Positions 44,282-52,775 of a stretch of 64,000 nt of DNA are shown here, piece by piece. The notes under the pieces were generated by a model. That model was not told where the DNA came from, did not search any database, and saw only the letters and a program-made list of their open reading frames with translations. Each line of letters begins with the position of its first letter. Within the stretch, counting starts at the first letter, position 1. A program made the translations under genes and the position numbers. The stretch spans positions 96,001 to 160,000 of the forward strand of contig CAXXWQ010000002.1 in assembly GCA_963674945.2 (NCBI GenBank), read 5' to 3'. The DNA is from an uncultured Desulfosarcina sp. GTDB lineage: Bacteria; Desulfobacterota; Desulfobacteria; Desulfobacterales; Desulfosarcinaceae.

Positions 44282-44695
44282 ATGAATGACGATATCCAAG
44301 ATGTTTCTATAATCGCTCCCAGCCTTGAGCAAGTTCAACAGCGGTTTGAATCCTGGCGAAAGCTGCGAAAGAAACGCACCCGAATTCCCCAAAACCTTTG
44401 GCAGGCAGCGGTCGCGCTATCAGAAGAGTACTCCATCTACCACCTGTCAAAGGCCCTGCGTGTAAACTACACGACGTTAAAGAAAAAAGTTGCCGGTACT
44501 CACTTGCCGGAAGAACACCCGTGCGAGATTTTCTCCACACCCTTTATAGAATTGCCGGCTCCGGCACCCCTTCTACCTGAATCCACCATCGAAATGATCA
44601 AAACGAACGGTTCGGTCATGAGAATGAATGTAAAAGGAGCCACCTGTTCCGATCTGGTGGAACTGGGAAAAGCATTTTTGGCTATGGCTTCATGA
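44282..44695 (+). CDS. tnpA: IS66 TnpA-like HTH accessory protein
   Basis: AAGGAGG RBS; RIPQNLWQAAV...LRVNY, FIEL; ATGA overlap with tnpB. Confidence 0.8.
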   Translation: MNDDIQDVSIIAPSLEQVQQRFESWRKLRKKRTRIPQNLWQAAVALSEEYSIYHLSKALRVNYTTLKKKVAGTHLPEEHPCEIFSTPFIELPAPAPLLPESTIEMIKTNGSVMRMNVKGATCSDLVELGKAFLAMAS

Positions 44696-45048
44696 TTGCC
44701 ATCACGCCACACATGCGGATTTTTGTTGCAGTGGAGCCGGCTGATTTTCGAAAAGGCATCGACGGATTAGCCAAGCTTTGCCGTGACCATCTCAAGGCGG
44801 ACCCATTTTCCGGTGCCGTATTTGTTTTTCGCAACAAACGGGCCACGGCATTGAAAATTATTGTATACGACGGCCAGGGATTCTGGCTTTGTCAAAAGCG
44901 GCTGTCGAAAGGGCGGTTTACCTGGTGGCCCAATGGCACGGATGATGTCTTGCGTCGGCTCAATGCGTATCAACTGCAATCGCTGATTTGGAACGGAGAC
45001 CTTGCCACCATCGAGGTCGCCCCGCATTGGAAAAAGATTCATGCATAG
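44692..45048 (+). CDS. tnpB: IS66 accessory protein TnpB
   Basis: DFRKGIDGL, FVFRNK, YDGQGFWLCQKRLSKGRFTW. Confidence 0.95.
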   Translation: MIAITPHMRIFVAVEPADFRKGIDGLAKLCRDHLKADPFSGAVFVFRNKRATALKIIVYDGQGFWLCQKRLSKGRFTWWPNGTDDVLRRLNAYQLQSLIWNGDLATIEVAPHWKKIHA

Positions 45049-45080
45049 GGGCTTGCGTTCCAGTAACGAGTGTGCTATGA

Positions 45081-45974
45081 ATGCCGACCATGGAAACGAT
45101 TCTCACCTACCGCGGCAAAACCGTAACAGTTCAGGATGCGGCGTTTATCCAGCAGCTGATCGACCGAAACCCGAGCGACAGCCGAAGACGCCTTTCCGTC
45201 AAACTTTGCCAAGCCTGGGATTGGCGCCAAGCCAACGGCGCCTTTCGGGATATGGTCTGCCGGGGCTTGATGCTCGCTCTTCACCGGGCCGGGCACATTC
45301 GATTGCCGGCCAAAAAAATGACCCCGAACAATCCTTTGGCCAGACGAAAAGAGCCTGAGAACATCACCATTGAGCGATGCCCGATAGAAAGCAAGCTGTC
45401 AGCCATTACCCCCCTTACATTCCGACAGGTTCGCCGAACCGATGCCGAACCGTTGTTCAACAGCTTGTTGGAACAGTACCATTATTTGGGCTACACCCAG
45501 CCGGTCGGTGAACACCTGAAATACATCGTTTATTCTCAAAAGCGGCCCATCGCGTGCCTGTCCTGGTCATCGGCCGCCAGGCATATCGGATGCCGTGACC
45601 GGTTCATCGGTTGGTCCCAGCATCGGCGAATGGCGAACCTGCATTTGATGGCATACAACAGCCGCTTTTTGATATTGCCCTGGGTTCGCGTATCACACCT
45701 GGCCTCTCATATTCTGGGGCGGATGCGTCGTATCCTGCCAACGGATTGGCAAGCGATATACAATCATCCCATTTATTATCTGGAAACCTTCGTGGACAAG
45801 GACCGGTTTGCCGGCACCTGTTACAACGCCGCCAACTGGATTTACCTGGGAGATACCACCGGCCGTGGGAAGAATGACCAAACCCACCGGCCGAACCGAT
45901 CCATCAAAGCGGTTTGGGGATATCCGCTGGTCAAGATGTTCAGATCTCGTCTTACCGCAGGAAAAAGCGCATGA
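45081..45974 (+). CDS. DUF4338 (DruA-like) domain protein inside the IS; start may be ATG 45090
   Basis: HYLGY, RDRFIGW, NSRFLILPWV..HLASHIL, ETFVD...GTCY.AANW..LG.T.GRG. Confidence 0.85.
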   Translation: MPTMETILTYRGKTVTVQDAAFIQQLIDRNPSDSRRRLSVKLCQAWDWRQANGAFRDMVCRGLMLALHRAGHIRLPAKKMTPNNPLARRKEPENITIERCPIESKLSAITPLTFRQVRRTDAEPLFNSLLEQYHYLGYTQPVGEHLKYIVYSQKRPIACLSWSSAARHIGCRDRFIGWSQHRRMANLHLMAYNSRFLILPWVRVSHLASHILGRMRRILPTDWQAIYNHPIYYLETFVDKDRFAGTCYNAANWIYLGDTTGRGKNDQTHRPNRSIKAVWGYPLVKMFRSRLTAGKSA

Positions 45975-47530
45975 CACCGCCGCCCATCGAACTTTCGGCC
46001 GAGGAGCTTAACGCACTGATCGATCGGGTCAAATCTCGCAGCCTTTTGGATAAGGATTATGCAACTATTGCGGCCATGGGCGAGACGATCAACGTGTTGA
46101 GTCACAGTGTGGATGAAAAAGCCGCATCCATCAAACGCTTGCTGAAAATGATCTTCGGCGCATCCACGGAAAAAACCGATACCATTGTCAAAAAACGAAA
46201 ACCGAAGAGCGCTGATAAAACGCCCAAGGCCAAGAAAAAAGGCCATGGCCGAAATGGGGCTGATGATTACACCGGTGCCGAGAAGATCACGGTGTCTCAT
46301 GGTGAGCTTAAACATAAAGATCCGTGCCCGCTTTGTCCCAAGGGCAAGGTCTATGTATATAAACAGCCCAAAACCCTCATCCGTGTCACCGGCACCTCGC
46401 CGTTAACAGCGTCGATATACGAGCTGGAAAAATTGCGCTGTAATCTGTGTGGAGAGATTTTTACGGCCGATGCCCCACGGGATGTCGGCGAGGAAAAATA
46501 CGATGCATCCGCCGGAGCAATGATTGCTCTTTTAAAATATGGCAACGGCTTTCCTTTCTACCGGCTTCAAAATCTGCAGGACAGTATCGGCATACCGCTG
46601 CCTGCATCGACCCAATGGGATATTGTCAGGGATTTTTATTGGCACGCCTACCCGGCCTTTGATGAACTGATCCGGCAAGCGGCTGGCGCAAAGCTGATCC
46701 ATAATGACGACACCACCATGAAAATTCTTTCTTTGGTCAACGAAACACAAGATGCCAAAAGAAAGGGCATTTTTACCAGCGGCATGGTGGCGGTGTCGGA
46801 CGATCACAAAATCGGGCTGTTTTTTACCGGAAACAACCATGCCGGAGAAAACCTGGCGGATCTACTTACCAAGCGCCAGGCCGATCTGGGTCCGCCGATC
46901 CAGATGTGCGACGCGCTGTCGAGAAATGTGCCCAAGGATTTTGAAACCCTTTTGGCCAACTGCATCTCACATGGAAGGCGGCGCTTCGTGGATGTATACG
47001 ATAACTTCCCGGACGAATGCACTCATGTACTCAACGTGTTGGGCAAGGTGTATAAAAACGATGCCGATGCCAGGGAGCAAAACCTTTCTGACGATCAGCG
47101 CCTCGAATACCATCGGAACCATAGCGGTTCGTTGATGAAGGATCTTAGAGACTGGTTTGATGAGCAGTTCGAGGAAAAAAATGTGGAGCCCAACTCCGGG
47201 CTTGGCCAGGCCATCAAGTATATGTGCAACCACTGGGAGAAACTGACCCTGTTTTTACGTCAGCCGGGTGCCCCGTTAGACAATAATGTTTGTGAACGCG
47301 CCTTGAAAAAAGCGATTTTGAATCGGAAAAACGCCTTGTTCTACAAGACTGAACGTGGTGCCCGAGTCGGTGACCTGTTTATGAGCCTGATCCACACCTG
47401 CGAACTATGCACTGCAAATCCTTTTGACTATCTGGTTGCCATCCGGGAACACTCAGAGCAGGTGAAAGCCCGCCCGGATCAATGGATGCCGTGGAATTAT
47501 GAACGGCAGACCTCTGAAATCAACTCCTAA
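45971..47530 (+). CDS. tnpC: IS66 DDE transposase TnpC
   Basis: FGASTEK, CPLC...CNLC zinc finger, HNDDT, CISHGRRRF, LDNNVCERALK. Confidence 0.95.
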   Translation: MTPPPIELSAEELNALIDRVKSRSLLDKDYATIAAMGETINVLSHSVDEKAASIKRLLKMIFGASTEKTDTIVKKRKPKSADKTPKAKKKGHGRNGADDYTGAEKITVSHGELKHKDPCPLCPKGKVYVYKQPKTLIRVTGTSPLTASIYELEKLRCNLCGEIFTADAPRDVGEEKYDASAGAMIALLKYGNGFPFYRLQNLQDSIGIPLPASTQWDIVRDFYWHAYPAFDELIRQAAGAKLIHNDDTTMKILSLVNETQDAKRKGIFTSGMVAVSDDHKIGLFFTGNNHAGENLADLLTKRQADLGPPIQMCDALSRNVPKDFETLLANCISHGRRRFVDVYDNFPDECTHVLNVLGKVYKNDADAREQNLSDDQRLEYHRNHSGSLMKDLRDWFDEQFEEKNVEPNSGLGQAIKYMCNHWEKLTLFLRQPGAPLDNNVCERALKKAILNRKNALFYKTERGARVGDLFMSLIHTCELCTANPFDYLVAIREHSEQVKARPDQWMPWNYERQTSEINS

Positions 47531-48182
47531 CCGTGGGCAGGGGCTTATCACCCTGCCTACGTAGCCATTCTGTCAGCACCGTAGCCCCGCCTTGAGAAAA
47601 ATCTGCTTACGCACCGTTGCCGAAAGGACACCGATCATGTCATTTTCCTTGAGTGCGCCAATGGCCGCCATCTGCTTCTCCAAGAGGATCGCCGCCCCTT
47701 GCTGGGCGCGAACCACCCGTTTTCCCACACGCATCCAGGAGTAGATCTTCTCTCCGATTGCAGGGGCCACAGCGTTGACAGTGACCGTCACGTGACTTAC
47801 GGCAAGCTTTTTCAGATCATCCACATAAGGCAGCAGGTTGAGACCGTTTGTGGCAACACATAATATGGTGTCAGGATACCGGGATCTGACACGCGACAGG
47901 GTCTCCATCGTCTCATGGGGGTTGGCGAATGGATCTCCCGGTCCGGCGATACCCACAACGGAGATGTTTCCCTTCTTGGCGAAGACCTCTTCGAGATAGA
48001 CCATGGCTTGGCCAGGGGAGAGAATGGCACTGGTTACGCCGGGGCGAGTTTCGTTGACGCAGTCGAATTTTCGATTGCAGAATTTACACTGGATGTTGCA
48101 CCGGGGGGCCACCGGCAGGTGCACCCGTCCGAAGGATTTGCAGGCGCCGGGGTTAAAGCAGGGGTGATTATTTAGGTTCATG

Positions 48183-48281
48183 GTTCTCCGTTCTCCGTTT
48201 TCGGTGCATGGTTTTCAGTTTTCGGTCTGGTGACGACTGGTTACCGACAACTGATTACTCACTACTCATCACCGATCACTC
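48183..48281. repeat. Degenerate heptamer tandem repeats filling the nifN-nifB spacer
   Basis: TTCTCCG TTCTCCG TTTTCGG...TTTTCAG TTTTCGG and ACTCACT ACTCATC ACCGATC. Confidence 0.55.
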
Positions 48282-49658
48282 TTACATGTATGTGTAACCA
48301 ACGTCGGATGCCTCCTGCCTTTCCTGAATCAACGTATTTGCGATCCGATCGAATAGCTGCTGGGCACCTCGATACCCCACGTGAAGCAGTCGGCTTCCGT
48401 TGACGCGATCATGCACGGGAAAGCCCGCTCGTATCAGGGGACGTTTCAAACGCCGTGACATGGTATAGCCTTTGCTGTGTCCGATGAGGAGATCCACACC
48501 GATTTTCTCCAGCGTCTTTTCGATGGTCACGAAATCCACATCTTCTAAAATTTTCATTTGCTCATGGTATTTTTCCGGAACGATGCTGTGGATGACCTGA
48601 GCGAATCGACCGTTGCCGCCGCCGGTGCCGCACAAAACGGGTACGATGCCGATTTCCGAACAGAATCCCGCCAGTCCGGCCACCAGATCTTCCTCTCCGA
48701 ATAGTGCGGCCCGAACGCCGTTGAGGTGCTTGTGGCCGTCCACCAAGGCATCCAACAATCGCCCGCGTTGGGCCGTATATCGTTCGGGGATGGGCCGGCC
48801 GCCAACTGTTGAGAGGTGTTTGAAGAACCGGTCCGATGCCGCGATGCCGATGGGAAGCCCAATGCGATACAGGGGAACGTCGAAGTTCTCTTTCAGAAAG
48901 TTGCCGGCCGTATCCTTTTCTCCGGCAAGGACCAGACCGCATTCAATGGAAGCGGCACTGCTGCCCATGCTGCGCAGGGCACCGACGGGAGTCCCTCCTT
49001 TGGGGATACGCTGGTATTCGGTCCACAAGGGGCCGTTCAGGGTGTCGCTGTAGTCGGGCACCAGGACGCTTTGCAGGCCAAAGTCGCCGATAATCTCTTT
49101 GAGATGTCTCAGGTCGGCGGGAGAGACCATTCCCGGAAACAAATTGATCCGAAGTCTATCGTCATCGGGCGGAACAGAGTCGGCCAGCGTTTTGACCAAT
49201 GCGTGTACGGCACCGTGAAATCCCTGCATGTGGGTTCCCTGGTAGCTGGGCGTTGCCACATGGACAAGGGCCGGCAGGTTCTCCTCATCCGGGCATCCTT
49301 GCCTGTAAGCCTTGATGAACATGGGCACGTCATCGCCGATGGTCTCGGAAAGACAGGTGGTGGCGATTCCGATCAATTCCGGATCGTACTGGCTCCGGAT
49401 GTTGTCCAGGGCGATCTTCAGGTTGGCACCGCCACCGAAGATGGCCGTCTCCTCACCGAAATTGGAACATGCGATGTCAAGCGGCTCCTTGAAGTGGCTG
49501 ATCATGTATCGCCGGATGTAGGTGGAGCATCCCTGGGAGCCATGGAGCAGGGGTACGCTGTTTTCGATTCCTTTGAATACCAGGGCTGCGCCCAGGGGAG
49601 CACACAGATTACATGCATTCTGGGTGGCTGTATATTCGGTGCGAGTGGCGGATTTCAT
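48282..49658 (-). CDS. nifN: FeMo-cofactor scaffold subunit NifN
   Basis: CAPLGA, HGSQGCSTY, TTCLSETIGDD; follows nifE. Confidence 0.9.
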   Translation of the reverse strand: MKSATRTEYTATQNACNLCAPLGAALVFKGIENSVPLLHGSQGCSTYIRRYMISHFKEPLDIACSNFGEETAIFGGGANLKIALDNIRSQYDPELIGIATTCLSETIGDDVPMFIKAYRQGCPDEENLPALVHVATPSYQGTHMQGFHGAVHALVKTLADSVPPDDDRLRINLFPGMVSPADLRHLKEIIGDFGLQSVLVPDYSDTLNGPLWTEYQRIPKGGTPVGALRSMGSSAASIECGLVLAGEKDTAGNFLKENFDVPLYRIGLPIGIAASDRFFKHLSTVGGRPIPERYTAQRGRLLDALVDGHKHLNGVRAALFGEEDLVAGLAGFCSEIGIVPVLCGTGGGNGRFAQVIHSIVPEKYHEQMKILEDVDFVTIEKTLEKIGVDLLIGHSKGYTMSRRLKRPLIRAGFPVHDRVNGSRLLHVGYRGAQQLFDRIANTLIQERQEASDVGYTYM

Positions 49659-49689
49659 CGGATGGCTTCCTCGTAGTTTTAATGAGGTA

Positions 49690-49881
49690 TAGAAATCCCG
49701 GTCCTATGAACCAGGCAAGAGTTCATTGGCTCTGTTGTATGCTTGTTACAAGAATCCAGAAGCCAGAATTCAGAATCCAGAATCAGGTATTCGCCTTCGG
49801 CTCGATCCATATTATCCAATCGATGAAGCGAAGCGACATCAGATTTATTCTGGCTCCTGAATACTGGCTTCTGACTTCTGT
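49690..49881 (+). repeat. Dispersed intergenic repeat family E, copy 4, between nifE and nifN
   Basis: AGAATCC AGAAGCC AGAATTC AGAATCC arm, central CGCCTTCGGC and GCGAAGC, inverted arm TTCTGGCTCCTGAATACTGGCTTCTGACTTCT. Confidence 0.85.
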
Positions 49882-49890
49882 GGTTTCCTG

Positions 49891-51303
49891 TCATCGCAGC
49901 GTATCCTCTTCTATGGCGCCTAAAGCCGAGTACTCTGGACTCGGATCTTTGCTTTTTGCGTGACGGGTGGGGACGAACTGCCACACCGGGCTGGTCACCG
50001 ATGTGTGAACCTCCCTGGCGAACTGCAGCATACCGGCGAATCCGGCAAGGGGAATCTTTCGTTCGTGGTTGTGGTCGCAAAAGCCGATGCCCATCTTGAA
50101 GGCGATGGGACGCTCCTTGACGCCACCGATGAACAGATCGGCCTTCTTCTCGATGATATATTTGGATAGCTCCAGTGGATTGGCGTCATCCAATATGATC
50201 GTGCCCTCATCACACATCTGTTGCAGTGTTTCGTAATCGTCCTCGTTGCCGGTCTGAGAACCAACCAACACGACTTGCATCCCCAGGTAGCGAAGGGCCT
50301 TGATCAGGGAAAAGGCCTTGAAGGCGCCGCCCACATAAATTGCAGCACGCTTGCCGTATAGGTCACGCCGCATGCGGTTGAGTTCCGGCATGATGCCTTT
50401 TACCTCCCGGCGAACGATTTCACGAGTGCAGTCCATGACTTCCGGATGATCGGGAAAGTGTTCTGCCACGTCATAAAGGGCCTTTGCCATATCGTCGATG
50501 CCGAAATAGGAGGCACGAATATAGGGAATGCCGTATTTCTCCTTCATCATGTCCGCCAGAAAAGTCAGGGCGCCGGAGCACTGCACCACGTTTAAGGCCG
50601 CACCATGACTACGTTTGATCTGTTCAACGCGACCGTCACCGGTCATGATGGAAACCACCTGGATACCCATCTCCTCGTAGTATTTCTTGATCAGCCAGGC
50701 TTCGCCGCCGATGTTGAATTCACCTAAAATATTGATGCTCACCGGGGATGTCGCTTCGGCGGAATCCGTTCCAACCAGCTTGAACAGGGCGTCGCAGGCG
50801 GCCTTGTAGCCGTCCTTCTTTGTCCCCTTGAACCCTTCCGAATGGACGGGGAGAACAGGGATCCCCTTTTCTTCTCCCACTTTTCGACAAACGGCTGCCA
50901 CATCATCGCCGATAATTCCCACGATACAGGTGGAATAGACGAATGCGGCCCTGGGCTGGTAGGTGTCGATCAATTCGGAGAGGGCCGAAGCCAGTTTTTT
51001 CTCACCTCCGAAGATCACGTCCTTTTCCCGCAGGTCTGTGGAGAAGCTCATGCGGTGCAACTCCGGTCCCGAAGAGAGGGCACCGCGAATGTCCCAAGTG
51101 TAGGCGGCGCAGCCGATGGGGCCGTGGATCAGATGCAGGGCATCGGCAATGGGATAGAGCACCACGCGCGAACCGCAGAACACGCAGGCTCGTTGGCTGA
51201 CAGAACCGGCCAGGCTGTGTTTGCCGCAGGCCATCTCGAACGGTTCGGCTCCCTTTTGGTGGATCTGTGCCCTGCGTTCATGCAAAATAGGGATGGAGGA
51301 CAT
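49891..51303 (-). CDS. nifE: FeMo-cofactor scaffold subunit NifE
   Basis: QRACVFCGSR, HGPIGCAAYTWDIRG, NVVQCSG; AGGAG before ATG 51303. Confidence 0.95.
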   Translation of the reverse strand: MSSIPILHERRAQIHQKGAEPFEMACGKHSLAGSVSQRACVFCGSRVVLYPIADALHLIHGPIGCAAYTWDIRGALSSGPELHRMSFSTDLREKDVIFGGEKKLASALSELIDTYQPRAAFVYSTCIVGIIGDDVAAVCRKVGEEKGIPVLPVHSEGFKGTKKDGYKAACDALFKLVGTDSAEATSPVSINILGEFNIGGEAWLIKKYYEEMGIQVVSIMTGDGRVEQIKRSHGAALNVVQCSGALTFLADMMKEKYGIPYIRASYFGIDDMAKALYDVAEHFPDHPEVMDCTREIVRREVKGIMPELNRMRRDLYGKRAAIYVGGAFKAFSLIKALRYLGMQVVLVGSQTGNEDDYETLQQMCDEGTIILDDANPLELSKYIIEKKADLFIGGVKERPIAFKMGIGFCDHNHERKIPLAGFAGMLQFAREVHTSVTSPVWQFVPTRHAKSKDPSPEYSALGAIEEDTLR

Positions 51304-51339
51304 GATATTCTCCTGCATATGGGGATCGGGTGATTTGTC

Positions 51340-52719
51340 TTACAGGACCAATTCCATTGTGATGTCACTGGCATCACGGTCCTTTCGATCCAGAAGGGCA
51401 TCCAGCATTTTCTCCATAATCCGCAATGCGCCGCGGTACCCCATGGTGGAGAAGTAGCTGTGTCCCATGCGGTCGTAGATGGGAAATCCGAAACGTACCA
51501 GCGGAATATCTTCGTCTTTGGCGATATATTTGGCGTAGGTATTGCCGATGATCAAATCCACCGGATCGTTCTTGATCCATTGATGGAAAAGCAGCATGTC
51601 GCCGGGTACCTTGATGTTTACTTCTTCCGGAACATCCGCCACTACTTCGCGCAAGGACTTCTCATACTTTTTGCCCGCCGGGCTGCCGGTAACGATGTGG
51701 ACAGGCCGCAGGTCCAAAGAGATCATGAATTTCGTTAGGGCCAATACATGATCAGGATCACCGGCGACGGCCACTCGTTTCCCATAGAGGTATTGATGCC
51801 AATCGGAGATGCAGTCCACAAGCTGTCCCCGTTCCAGGTTGATCTGATCGGGAACACTCACACCGGCCAACTTTCGAAGGGCATCGACGAATTCATCCGT
51901 TCCATGCAGGCCCAGGGGAAGCCCCAGGATCTCACAGGGGACCTTGCATTTTGCATCCAGGGCACGGGCGGCTGCCAAGGAGGCGGTTCGACCCAGTGCG
52001 ATGGTACCGATACTGCTTCCGCTTTTCTTCAACTCCTCGATGGTGACGCCGCCTTCGGGAAACATCTTGTATTTTCCCGTAAGCGGTCCGTTGAGCACTT
52101 TGGAGGTGTCGGGAAACATGATGGTCGGGATTCCCATGAGGGTGGCAATGCGTCGAATTTCCGCCATGTCCGACGGTTCGACGTAACCGGGAATCAGGTT
52201 GATGGTTTTCACCCTATGGCCGTTGGATTCGGCAAAATAGTCCACCATGGCCTTGGTCATGTTGGAGAATCCGGTGATGTGGGAGCCGACGTAGCTGGGG
52301 GTATTGGCGTGGAAGACGAATTTGCCGTCCGGAACCTTTCCGTCCGCCGTCGCCTTGGCAACGATCTGAGGGATATCGTCCCCGATGGTTTCGGACAGGC
52401 AGGTGGTGTGAACCGCGATCACATCGGGGTCGTAAACGGTGAAAATATTGTCGATGGCCTGCAGCAGATTGGCCTGGCCGCCGAACACCGAAGCTCCTTC
52501 AGTAAATGCGCTGGTGGCGGCCACGACAGGTTCTTTGTAGTGTCGGGTAAGGGCGCTTCGATGGTAGGCATAGCATCCCTGGGAACCATGACTGTGGGGC
52601 AGACAGCCGTGAACGCCCAAGGCGGCATACATGGCCCCGATGGGCTGGCAGGTTTTGGCCGGATTGACCGTCAGGGCGCTTCGCTCCTTGATCTCCGTTG
52701 GGGTATGTCTCAGTAACAT
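51340..52719 (-). CDS. nifK: Nitrogenase MoFe protein beta chain
   Basis: NPAKTCQPIGA, HGSQGC, TTCLSETIGDD, PSYVGSH; AGGAG before ATG 52719. Confidence 0.96.
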   Translation of the reverse strand: MLLRHTPTEIKERSALTVNPAKTCQPIGAMYAALGVHGCLPHSHGSQGCYAYHRSALTRHYKEPVVAATSAFTEGASVFGGQANLLQAIDNIFTVYDPDVIAVHTTCLSETIGDDIPQIVAKATADGKVPDGKFVFHANTPSYVGSHITGFSNMTKAMVDYFAESNGHRVKTINLIPGYVEPSDMAEIRRIATLMGIPTIMFPDTSKVLNGPLTGKYKMFPEGGVTIEELKKSGSSIGTIALGRTASLAAARALDAKCKVPCEILGLPLGLHGTDEFVDALRKLAGVSVPDQINLERGQLVDCISDWHQYLYGKRVAVAGDPDHVLALTKFMISLDLRPVHIVTGSPAGKKYEKSLREVVADVPEEVNIKVPGDMLLFHQWIKNDPVDLIIGNTYAKYIAKDEDIPLVRFGFPIYDRMGHSYFSTMGYRGALRIMEKMLDALLDRKDRDASDITMELVL

Positions 52720-52775
52720 AAGATTTTTTCTCCTGTTATCGGTCGGAAGTAAACCGGCAATTGACGGGCACTTTA

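Larger units (their letters stand above)
44201..47631 (+). mobile_element. IS66-family insertion sequence, 3431 bp, four ORFs
   Basis: 8-bp TSD CGATCATG at 44193-44200 and 47632-47639; imperfect TIRs GTGTGTTTTCGGCAA / revcomp GTGTCCTTTCGGCAA; tnpA, tnpB and tnpC present. Confidence 0.95.
43468..48181 (-). pseudogene. nifB: nifB (FeMo-cofactor radical SAM protein) interrupted by an IS66-family element; halves 48181-47632 and 44192-43468
   Basis: HPCF...RVHLPVAPRCNIQCKFC in the 5' half; QMRHCTRCRADAVG and a NifX-like domain in the 3' half; removing the IS and one TSD gives an in-frame KENDMIVKVNSIILPG join, 1275 nt / 424 aa. Confidence 0.95.

Noticed and set aside
45081..45974. A complete Druantia defence system
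   Set aside because: Only a DUF4338 gene is present; no DruE helicase or other dru genes in the window
47605..47610. GTAAGC on the minus strand as the true IS66 right end
   Set aside because: The TSD and matching TIR place the end at 47631; there is no corresponding GTAA left end
47573..48181. ORFs 47573-48181 and 43468-44223 as two separate genes
   Set aside because: They are halves of nifB; their extra terminal residues are read from IS ends
52560..52590. NifK GSQGCYAY as an inactivating change
   Set aside because: The P-cluster ligand Cys in GSQGC is retained; the next residue varies among NifK proteins
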